Source: Candidatus Eiseniibacteriota bacterium | GTDB taxonomy: Bacteria > Eisenbacteria > RBG-16-71-46 | Reading direction: 5' to 3' | DNA: 64,000 nucleotides | NCBI GenBank assembly: GCA_963717505.1 | Contig: OY970342.1 | Coordinates: 1,344,001-1,408,000 of the forward strand | Shown here: one piece after another, positions 10,743 through 19,700 of the stretch | How positions within the stretch are numbered: position 1 is the stretch's first letter | Layout: every line of letters starts with the position of its first letter | Program-made: the position numbers and the translations under genes | Notes under the pieces: generated by a model | The model's database searches: none | What the model saw: only the letters and a program-made list of their open reading frames with translations | What the model was told of the DNA's origin: nothing

Positions 10743-11783
10743 TCAGCGCAGGCGTCCCCGCACGGCCCCCATTCGGCGGTGCTCCGCGGACGCGGCGCCA
10801 CAGGATCCGCGGATCACCAGTGTGGCGGGCAGAACCTCGCGAGCAATGGCGCGTGGAGCCGCGACGTCGGCGGTCACGATCAGCTCCGCCGCACGGAGCC
10901 CCAAGTGATACGCGTCGACGTGCATGGTGGTCAGCGGCGGGTTCAGGTAGCGCGCCATCGCGATGTCGTCGAACCCGACCACCGCCATGTCCTGAGGAAC
11001 CCGGATCCCCGCGTCGCTCAGCCCGCCGAGCACCCCGATCGCCATGTAGTCGTTGGCGGCGAACACCGCGCTGGGCGTCGGCGACAAATCGATCAGGCGC
11101 GCCGCGGCGTCGTAACCCGAGGGCTCGCTGAAGTCGCCGGGAATCTCGAGGTCGGCGGAGCTGTCGGCGCCCGCGTCGCGAAGTGCTGAACGATAGCCCT
11201 CACGACGTTGCTCGGCGTCGGTGTTGCGCGCCGGCCCGGTGATCATCGCGATGCGGCGGTGCCCGAGTTGCAGGAGATGGCGAACCATGACCTCGGCTCC
11301 TTCCCGGTTCGCGATGCTCACCGAATGCACCCCGCCAGCGTCCGAGCCCGGATCGATCAGCACCAGGGGAAAGTCGATGCCGGCGGCGCGAATCGCGGCC
11401 GGGCCGTCGGCATCGGGCACCATCACGATCAGTCCGTCGATCCGCCCGCGCATGACCCGGAGTGCCGCCACGATCTCTTCGGTGTGGGCGTGCGAGCTGG
11501 ACACCAGCAAATGGAATCCGGCGCGTCCAGCGGCCTGGTCGATGCCGTGGATGATCTCCGAGAAGAACTCGCCGAACAGGTCGGGCAGCAGGACGCCGAT
11601 CGCATGGGTGCGATTGGTGATCAGACTGCGGGCGGCGCCATTGGGCCAGTAGTTGAGCCGTGCCGCGACCTTGCGAACCCGGGTGCGTGTGACTTCGCTG
11701 ACCAGGGTGCTGTCGTTGAACACGCGCGAGACCGTGGCGACCGAGACCCGCGCGTGGCGGGCGACGTCCTTGATATTGGCCAT
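10743..11783 (-). CDS. LacI family transcriptional regulator
   Basis: MANIKDVARHARVSVATVSRV HTH, VVGFDD and PPLTT. Confidence 0.95.
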   Translation of the reverse strand: MANIKDVARHARVSVATVSRVFNDSTLVSEVTRTRVRKVAARLNYWPNGAARSLITNRTHAIGVLLPDLFGEFFSEIIHGIDQAAGRAGFHLLVSSSHAHTEEIVAALRVMRGRIDGLIVMVPDADGPAAIRAAGIDFPLVLIDPGSDAGGVHSVSIANREGAEVMVRHLLQLGHRRIAMITGPARNTDAEQRREGYRSALRDAGADSSADLEIPGDFSEPSGYDAAARLIDLSPTPSAVFAANDYMAIGVLGGLSDAGIRVPQDMAVVGFDDIAMARYLNPPLTTMHVDAYHLGLRAAELIVTADVAAPRAIAREVLPATLVIRGSCGAASAEHRRMGAVRGRLR

Positions 11784-11823
11784 GGGGTAGGGGCTCCGGA
11801 ACCGCGGAATCGGGCTGCGACCC

Positions 11824-11857
11824 TGAAAACGATTCCAAACCCCGGCCGGCCCGTCAA
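11824..11857 (-). promoter_or_regulatory. Promoter -35 (TTGACG) plus LacI operator TGGAATCGTTTTCA (autoregulation)
   Basis: 13/14 identical to the operator at 1600-1613, with the same 14-nt spacing from the -35 hexamer. Confidence 0.75.
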
Positions 11858-11889
11858 GGGGTGCTGTTCGGCGCTTCGGGGCGCCGGCC

Positions 11890-14511
11890 TCAGCGGACGA
11901 CGCTGACTCGCTTCGACGAGACCTTGCCGCCCTGCTCGAGCCGGACGACGTAGATGCCCGCCGGCAGGAGGTCGCCGGCGCCCAGGTCGAGCACGTGCCG
12001 TCCGCGGCCGAGCGAGCCGACGTCGCGGAACCGCACGCGCCGGCCGGTGATGTCGACCAGCGACAAGGTCGCGCTGCCTTCCACCGGCAGCGTGAACGAC
12101 ACCCAGACGTCGCGCTCGGTCGGGTTCGGGCGCACCGCGTCGATGCGCAGGGAGAAGCGGCTCGGCACCACGACCGAGACCTCGCCCATGAACCGCTCGG
12201 TCGCACCATCGCGCACACCCAGGCGATAGGCGTAGCGCTTGCCCGGGCTCACGTCGTCGTCCCGATAGACGAGCTGGCTGGCGCCGTCGCGCGTCACCGC
12301 GCCCTTGAGGTACCACTCGCCGTCCTCGAGGCGATAGACATAGGCCTCGGTGACTTCGGGCGACGCGGAATACCAGGTGACTGTGACGTGGTCCGGGAAG
12401 GCGTCGGCGGAAGCCAGCGACACCAGCACCGGCGTCACCGACGTCGGCAGCACCGAAACGTACGTGTCGGCGTTGCCGTTGCGGTTGTCGGCCCAGGCCG
12501 CGTACACGGCTTCGTTGGCGTACAGCCCGATGTAGTCGCCCTGGTTCGGCTGGATGTTGGTGAACCCATCGGTCCAGTGCGACAGCTGTTCGGTCACCCG
12601 CCCGGTCTGGAACCAGCTCTGGCCGCCGTCGGTCGAACGCGCCAGGTAGCAATGTGACTCGCCGCCACATGCGGTCGCGGTCGCCTCGTACCAGCCATAC
12701 CAGAACACGTAGGCGCTACCGTCGCTGGCCACCACGATCTCGGGCAGCCAGTTGTCGAAGTACGGCGGATCGTTGTTGACCCGCACCGGCGTGCCGAAGC
12801 CGATGCCATTCATCGCCGAGACCACGAAGACGTCACGCTGGTCGCGCCCGGGTTCGGGGCCCACCGTGTTGGCGCCGGTGAGGATGTTGTAGGGCCCTGG
12901 CGTCGACCCGGTGATGTTCACGAAGAACATGCGCAGGTAGTAGGTGCCGGTGGCCGGACAGGTCCAGGTGATGAAGCCGTTCTGGCCGTTGGCCGGCTCG
13001 AGCAGGTCGCCGGCGAGGTTCAACCGCGTGTATTCGTCGGCGCAGATGATCCGCATGCTGTAGAGCGACACCGGGATGTCGTTGCACCAGAAGGTGTAGG
13101 TGGTGCCCTGGGTCGCCGAGAAGCCGTAGAAGTCCGCGTCGAGGTTGCCGCCGCTGAACGCGCCGCGCAGAGAGTCGCCGATCGCGAACGGGTTCGAGGT
13201 GGACGGGTCGTTGTTCGGCTCGAGCTCATCGACCGGGCCGTTGGTGCCGATCGGGCCCAGATCCTTGTACCAGTTGATGCACTCGTTCCAGGCGATGTAG
13301 ACGCGGCCGCGGTTGGGGCCGTGCGATCGGTCGACCGCGATCGAGGGGAACGTGATGCCGCGCTCGCGGTTGAAGCCGGGGGCACCGGTGCCGAAATTGT
13401 CGAAGACCGTGGCGGCGTCGGCGATCCCGCCGAACGAAGCGCCCTGGTTCACCGACTTGCGGATGCGCATGAAGTCGGCGTCGATCGGACCGATCTCCTT
13501 CCAGGTCACATAGACTTCGGCGTTCGGGCCGACCGCAGGACGCGAGCCCTGCACCAGGCCGTTGCCCGTCGGAGCGTTCACCACGCTCGGCGCGCTCCAC
13601 GAGTTCCACGCGCCGTTGGTCCGGCGGAACTGGATCTCGTTCACCGCGCCGAAGAAGCGGGTGTTGGTCAGGTACAACCGGCCGCTCGCGGAATCCGCGA
13701 CCGCCCACGGCTTGTCGTAGAACACCGAGCTGCTGGCGCCGGAAGCAATGATGTGCGGCGTGTTCCAGGAGAAGGTGGTTCCCGAGAACGTGCCGCGAAT
13801 GATCCCGATCCCGTTCTGGGCGAGGTTCTCGGTATTGATCAGCGCCAGGTAGTAGAACTCGCCGGTCTTCTCGTTGACCGTGACGATCGGATCGCTGGTC
13901 CAGACCCATCCGGAGGCCGGCGCCGGCAGGTCGCCGCCGTCGACGAAGGTCTGGCCGAAATCGGTGGAGTAGCCGAAGCCCTGGATGTCGGCACTGATGC
14001 CTTCTTCGAAGCCCTGGCCGTCGTTCCACGCGAGCAGGATGTACGGGCCCCAGGCTGCGATCATCTGCTCGGCCTGGCCGGCGCCGGTCTCCTGATTGCC
14101 GGTGGTGTCGTTGACCAGGATGTTGGGTGCGAGCGCGTTGGCCGCCTGACCCTCGAAGCTCCGAGCCATCTGCTCGCGATGCTCGGGGGTGAACGGCAGG
14201 ATTCCATCGAGCGGGTAGGCTCGACGCTGGCGTTGGCCGGTTGCCGGAGCGGCGGCCTTGCCACCGGACTTCTTCTGAGCCTTCGCTTCCGCGCGTGCCT
14301 TCGCTGCCTTGGCCAACCGGACCCGGGCCTTCTCGAGCATCAAGCGCTGCTGCGCGGCCTTGATTCGCGGCAGGAATTGGTCGCGCCGCGCCTGCAAGGC
14401 GGCCGGATCCTGGCCGTCCGCGGCCCATGCGCCGCCCATCACCGGCAGCATCATCAGGCCGGCGAGAGCCACCAACACGAGGTGCTTCAGCGAACGATTG
14501 ACGAGGGCCAT
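11890..14511 (-). CDS. Secreted BNR/Asp-box (sialidase-like) beta-propeller protein with PPC domain and T9SS type A/FlgD-like C-terminal domain
   Basis: GGAGG RBS and signal peptide. Asp boxes YSTDFGQTF, KSVNQGASF, RSTDGGQSW; PPC-like ELEPNN...DADFY...TGTYYL; CTD PNP...DITGRRV...LPAGIYVVRL...KRVSVVR. Confidence 0.75.
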   Translation of the reverse strand: MALVNRSLKHLVLVALAGLMMLPVMGGAWAADGQDPAALQARRDQFLPRIKAAQQRLMLEKARVRLAKAAKARAEAKAQKKSGGKAAAPATGQRQRRAYPLDGILPFTPEHREQMARSFEGQAANALAPNILVNDTTGNQETGAGQAEQMIAAWGPYILLAWNDGQGFEEGISADIQGFGYSTDFGQTFVDGGDLPAPASGWVWTSDPIVTVNEKTGEFYYLALINTENLAQNGIGIIRGTFSGTTFSWNTPHIIASGASSSVFYDKPWAVADSASGRLYLTNTRFFGAVNEIQFRRTNGAWNSWSAPSVVNAPTGNGLVQGSRPAVGPNAEVYVTWKEIGPIDADFMRIRKSVNQGASFGGIADAATVFDNFGTGAPGFNRERGITFPSIAVDRSHGPNRGRVYIAWNECINWYKDLGPIGTNGPVDELEPNNDPSTSNPFAIGDSLRGAFSGGNLDADFYGFSATQGTTYTFWCNDIPVSLYSMRIICADEYTRLNLAGDLLEPANGQNGFITWTCPATGTYYLRMFFVNITGSTPGPYNILTGANTVGPEPGRDQRDVFVVSAMNGIGFGTPVRVNNDPPYFDNWLPEIVVASDGSAYVFWYGWYEATATACGGESHCYLARSTDGGQSWFQTGRVTEQLSHWTDGFTNIQPNQGDYIGLYANEAVYAAWADNRNGNADTYVSVLPTSVTPVLVSLASADAFPDHVTVTWYSASPEVTEAYVYRLEDGEWYLKGAVTRDGASQLVYRDDDVSPGKRYAYRLGVRDGATERFMGEVSVVVPSRFSLRIDAVRPNPTERDVWVSFTLPVEGSATLSLVDITGRRVRFRDVGSLGRGRHVLDLGAGDLLPAGIYVVRLEQGGKVSSKRVSVVR

Positions 14512-14554
14512 GGGGCCTCCCCAGAGGTGCGGCGGCCCAAGAGGTGACGGGCGC

Positions 14555-15376
14555 CTAAGAGGGCGCATGAGATGTTCTGGCAAGGGTAGTGCCGAACTCC
14601 ACCAAGAAATGTGAGGCCAATCCCGGCCAGATCGAGCCCCCGGACAGCTCTCGCATGAGCCCCCACCAGAGGCCCAGCGGCAGGACCGCCCCGGAAATGT
14701 AGACCATCCAGTCGGCCATCCCCAACCCCTCCCCGGGCCAGAATCGGAACGCCCGAACGGCGGTGAAGGCCGCCGCGGACACGATCACCCGCGACCAGCG
14801 CCGCATCCTGCCGTCCAGCGAGCTCATCAGGTAGCCGCGAAACAGCAGCTCCTCGGGCACGGCCGAGCCCAGAAGCGCGAACAGGGTCGCGAACACCAGG
14901 CTGTCGGCGTTCACCACCACCTGTCCGGTGAACAGCGAGCGATAGGCTTCGAACGCCACCACGGCGACGGCACCGATGCCCATGATCAAGGCCAGTGGCA
15001 GACGTCCAGCGTTGCCGCCGCGCACGCCGAAGTCCGAGACCGGCCGGCCCTCGGCGAGCAGCATGACCACCACCAGCAGCCCGAGGGCGACGAAGATCAC
15101 GTCGCCGAGCGCCAGGAGCCACGCACTCACGTTCTGGCCGAGCACCGCCGGCCCCAGGACATGCATGAACGCGGCGCTGCTGATCCCGTAGACGATCGCG
15201 AGCAGGGCGGCGCGCGCCGGGCTGGGCCGCGATCCCGGTTCGGGTGGCGTTCGCCTTCCGGTGACCACCACGGCCAGTCCCACCGCGAGCAGCGCGAATC
15301 CGGCGACCAGATAGCCGATTCGCGGTTCGAGAGACGTCGGGGTCGTCACGGCGACGGCGGCAAGCGTGTCCGTCAC
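14555..15376 (-). CDS. CPBP (CAAX protease/Abi) family intramembrane protein
   Basis: Multi-TM, EELLFRGYL motif and GGSIWPGLASH. Confidence 0.8.
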   Translation of the reverse strand: MTDTLAAVAVTTPTSLEPRIGYLVAGFALLAVGLAVVVTGRRTPPEPGSRPSPARAALLAIVYGISSAAFMHVLGPAVLGQNVSAWLLALGDVIFVALGLLVVVMLLAEGRPVSDFGVRGGNAGRLPLALIMGIGAVAVVAFEAYRSLFTGQVVVNADSLVFATLFALLGSAVPEELLFRGYLMSSLDGRMRRWSRVIVSAAAFTAVRAFRFWPGEGLGMADWMVYISGAVLPLGLWWGLMRELSGGSIWPGLASHFLVEFGTTLARTSHAPS

Positions 15377-15391
15377 CCCACCTCCACAGGC

Positions 15392-15859
15392 CTACGAACT
15401 CTTCCAGCGAAATACCATCAACGCGAGCATGGCAACGTAGAGCAGACTCTGGACTAAGTTGCCGAAACGCCAGCGAGCCAGCGCCGAGGTCCAGCCGTCA
15501 CTGCTGCCGCCGGTGGCCGCGGTGCGCGCGATCGACGCCAGGGCCCGCGCGTTCGGAACACTGACCAGATACATCGACGCCAGGGCCGCAAGCCACACCA
15601 CGGTCACTACCCACATCCATGGGTCGCGCGCCATGCTCCAGCCCATCGGCACCGCGTAACCGTGGCCCAGGATTCCGGTGAGGAACAGAGCGCCGCCACC
15701 CGAAACGCGGCTCGACAGGTAGATGACCTGGAACAGGGTCGAGCGCTGGGACCAGTCTTCGGTCGCGCGGGCGGCACGGCCGTTCCACTCGGCAATGATC
15801 AGCGTGCCGACGTAGCTGAACGCGAAGAAGAGATGAAGGAACTCGAGGACGCGGGCCAC
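15392..15859 (-). CDS. DUF2269-like four-helix membrane protein
   Basis: FLHL start, TM helices, LTG motif and C-terminal LALMVFRW. Confidence 0.6.
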   Translation of the reverse strand: MARVLEFLHLFFAFSYVGTLIIAEWNGRAARATEDWSQRSTLFQVIYLSSRVSGGGALFLTGILGHGYAVPMGWSMARDPWMWVVTVVWLAALASMYLVSVPNARALASIARTAATGGSSDGWTSALARWRFGNLVQSLLYVAMLALMVFRWKSS

Positions 15860-15959
15860 TCAGATCTCCCCGAAACCGAAGGTCCTGCGATGCCGAGCGC
15901 CGGAGTGTAGCGGTGGGCGTCCGGTGGGGCCAGCAGGAGCGTCTGAAGCAGAACCGGTT

Positions 15960-16766
15960 TCACGGCGAGGCGCCCTGCGGGCACTCGGCGGCTTGCCGCT
16001 GGGCTTCCGCCGCCAGCGCACGCGCGCGGTCGAGGTGCGGACTCGCGGCGCAAGCGCCGGGGCCGGCCTGCTCGTTGCCGGCCCAGGCGAGCGCGACCTC
16101 GAGCTCGGCGATCGCTGCCGCGGCGCAGCTCAACCCGGGGTGGCGCTTGAGTTCCTCGAGCTGGGTGTGGAGCGAATCGGCGACCCGCGCCGAGCCGCGC
16201 GGCGGAACCGTCGGCGGCATGGTCTCCGGCGTGTGCGGTGCTTCACCCGCTTCGATCTCGCGCACCAGTCCCGCCGCGCGTTCGAACGCCGCCTGCGGGA
16301 ATCCGGTCGGGTCGTGGTCGTCGTATTCCTGTCGCGCCGCGGTGATCCACGACTTGGCGGCGGTTGCGCGCCAGGGATCCGACTCGGCGTTCGGCAGGGT
16401 GTCGAGGTGGGCTTCGAGCGCGTCCATCAGTGCATGGTCGTGGGCGATGATCTCGTCGGTGACTTGTTCGCCGAGCGGCGAGATTCCCGCGCCGCCATGG
16501 CTCGGATCCAGTCCCGCGAGGGCGCCCGGCGCCACGGTTGCGACCGACGCTCCGGCGAGAACCTTGGGCGCGGGCTTGACCACCGGTGTCTTTTCTTTCT
16601 TCGTTTGAGGCATGGTCGTAGAAATCGAGTCCTCGGGCCCAGCGCCACGCGGCTTCGGGGGATGAGCGGGCCCGTGGTGCGCGAGTGCTGCGCCCATGGC
16701 CCACAGGGTCGAGGTCACGATCGCGCCGGCCGCCAGCGCCCGTAGTCGTGCGCGCATCCCGATCAT
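15960..16766 (-). CDS. Secreted helical protein, translationally coupled to the giant DUF11 protein
   Basis: ATG 16766 overlaps the upstream TGA (ATGA). Signal peptide, Pro/Lys-rich linker, helical domain with paired Cys (LSCAAA...GACAAS). Confidence 0.65.
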   Translation of the reverse strand: MIGMRARLRALAAGAIVTSTLWAMGAALAHHGPAHPPKPRGAGPEDSISTTMPQTKKEKTPVVKPAPKVLAGASVATVAPGALAGLDPSHGGAGISPLGEQVTDEIIAHDHALMDALEAHLDTLPNAESDPWRATAAKSWITAARQEYDDHDPTGFPQAAFERAAGLVREIEAGEAPHTPETMPPTVPPRGSARVADSLHTQLEELKRHPGLSCAAAAIAELEVALAWAGNEQAGPGACAASPHLDRARALAAEAQRQAAECPQGASP

Positions 16767-19700
16767 GGCGTGCTCCCGGAGCCGCTCGGAGCGCCGATCC
16801 CGAACAACGACTGATCGAACTTGAAGCCCAGGTCCACGAAGAAACCATGGTCGGTGCTGCCGAGGGCGTCCAGGTCGTCGGCGTGGAACCCGAATACGTT
16901 GTAGCCCGCCGCCACGCGCAGGTTGCGCGCGGCGAGCCAGCCCAGCTCGCCGCCGATGCCGTATTCGCCGCCGCCCGAGAACATGCCGCGGCCGGTGAGG
17001 CCGGCATCGAGGCGCCGGTTCAGGTCCACCAGCATTCGTCCCGCGACCAGTTGCGACACGGTATAGCTCGACGCGACCTCGACGACGTCGCGCTGCCACT
17101 TGCCGGCGAACTGGCCGGTGAACGTCCAGCGCGGCACCGGCTTGTAGTCGGCGTGCGCCGACACGATGTGCGCGATGCGCCGGAACGGATCGACGCCGCC
17201 GGCCTTCTGGTGTCGGGTCTCGTAGCGGGCGAGCCCGTTCCACTGGTTGCGATCGGTTTCGCGGAACGCCAGCCCGATATTCGCCCGGCCGTCGACGCGC
17301 ACTTCGTCGGGGACCGCGAGCCAGACCACGCGTCCGAGGGCTGCCCAGTCGCGAGTCAGCTTGCGGGTCGCCGCCGCCGTGGTCAGCCACTGCTCGGTGC
17401 CGAGCTGAGTGCGGTACTCGAGGCGTCCCGCGCCCTTCCAGCGCGGGTCGCGCACGTATTCGAGCCCGCCGGTAACCGCGGTCGCGAGTCCGACGCCGCC
17501 GTAGAGCACGGCCACCCGTTCGTAGCTGGCGTCGACGTGGAACCCTTCGCTGGGCGTCCAGCGATTGCGCAAGCCCATGGCCGCCTGGGCTTCGCGTCCG
17601 GCGAATGCGTCGCGCAGGCGATACTCGGTGAACACCTGGCCGTCGCGCAGCTCCTGGCTCGCGAGCCCGAACACCGTGGTCCGCTGGCGCTGGTCGGGAT
17701 TGAGCGCGAACGGCCCGGCGAGCGACGAAATGTCTTCGTACTTCACGTAGCCGCGGGTCTTCTCGGTCAGGTGCACGTCGCCGCCGAACGAAGTCCGGTG
17801 CTGCGATCCGGTGTGGATGTCCTCTTCGTGCTCGGCGAACACGCTGCTGCGCCAGTACCGCGGCAGCTCGTAGCTCAAGCGGCCGCGCAGGGTGCGCACC
17901 TTGAGCGGTGCCGCGTCGGCGGTCGCGGGCGAAGCCGGGTTCTGAGTCTCGATCGCCGAGCGATAGCCGACCAGAGCTCCGAGGCCGAAGTCGGTTTCGT
18001 ACTCGGCGCCCATGTCGTAGCCGCGGCGGTAGCCGCCGGTGACCACGTCGCGGGTGTCGAGCGCCTGGAAGAACGCCGAGGTCGCGGTGTCGACACCGGC
18101 GCGTGCCGTCAAACCCAGTTCGCGACGTCCGGGAACCACGGCCGACGATGGGTTGTCGAAGCCCGGCTCGGTGTAGAGGGCGTGCGCTTCGGCTTGGATC
18201 AGCTTCTGCGTGTAGCGGGCTTCGATGCGGCCGGAGTCGCCGAACTTGGCGCCGTCGCCGAAGGTGCCGCCGCTGTCGCTGCGCGCCGCCTCGGCGGTGA
18301 CCGTCAGCCGCTCGCCCAGCGTGTAGCCGACGTCGCCGCTGACCAGCGCGCGCGGCGACAGCGGATCCTCGTCGCGCGAGGCCGAGCCGCCGATCGAGAA
18401 CGCCCCGGGCCGGAGGCGACCCTCGGCGCCGTACACCCAGAAGCGCTCGCCCTCATCGCTGCGCTCGTAGGTAACGCGGATCGAAACCGGGTTCAGGTCG
18501 GCATCGACGCTCGGGATCGGAGCACGGAACAGAATCCGACCGGTGAACGGCTCGATCGTGTAGTCGAGGAAGCGGAGCTTCAGGTCGGACCTGAGCAGCC
18601 GCGCCGGCTGGTTGCGGTCGCGCACCAGGATCTCGATCCGCTCGCCGCCGATCGTCGGATCGGGATGAGAGAGCGAATAGGGCCCCGACGTGCCCATCGC
18701 GCGGATCTCGTCGACCACTTGCCGCTGGATTCCCTCGGAAGCGAAGCCGGCGGCCTGAGTGGCGATGCCAGCCACCGGGGCGCCATGCCACGTGGCCACG
18801 CCGCCGGTCAGCCGCCGCGAGAACGAACCCAACTCGCGCGCTTCCGACGCCGGCGTCTCGAAGTCGCCAAACAGGAAGGCCGCCGTGCCGCGCTCGACCC
18901 GCGCGTACAAGCGGGAAGCGGTCTGCGCCTCGAAGCCGTGCACCGAGGCGTCGCCGAGGATCTCGTAGTTCTCGTGCGGCCGGATGTCGCGGAACAATCG
19001 GCGTTCGGGTTTTCGTTCGGTGTCGTAGCCCAGGGAGACGCGAATGCTGTCGGCGACCGTGCCGGTCGCGAACACCGCGGCGCGAACGCCGGCGCTGGTC
19101 GCGCCGTCGTCGCTTTCGACCGTGAGATCGCGCAGCTCCTCTTCGAAGCGATCGTGACGCGCGCCATTGAGCTCGCTTTCGGTCAGCGAGTGCACATCGA
19201 GTCGGGCCTGGACCAGTCCCATCGCCAGCAGCGAGGGCTCGCCGGCGCGCGGTCCGTCGGCGCGCGGACTGCCGCCCGCGCTCTCCGCCGCGGTCGCGGG
19301 CTCGGCGTTGGCCGGCGCGTTCCCGGGACCGAGCGGCCCCGCGACTTCGCCGCCCCGATGTCGCCGGCGCACGGCGTTCGCGACTGCGGTGTCCGCCGAA
19401 CCCTCGACGAAGTCGGCGCGGTGCAGTTCGCCGCGCTTCAAGTCGACGAAGCGACTCGCTCCGTCGTCGCCGTGCCGATTCGCGGCCGGAACCATGCGCG
19501 CGCCGGCCGGCAGCGTCGACTCGTCGACGCGCACCACGTGGAGCTGGGGACGCACGTGATTGAAGTGGTATTTGCCTTCGACGTCGGTGATCGCCGAGGA
19601 GCCGTCTTCCAGGTACAGGCGCACTCCCGGAATTCCGAGGTCCTCGCCGTTCTGCGCGCGGTCGCCGTTGCAGTCGCGGTCGAGGAACACGCGACCTGCG

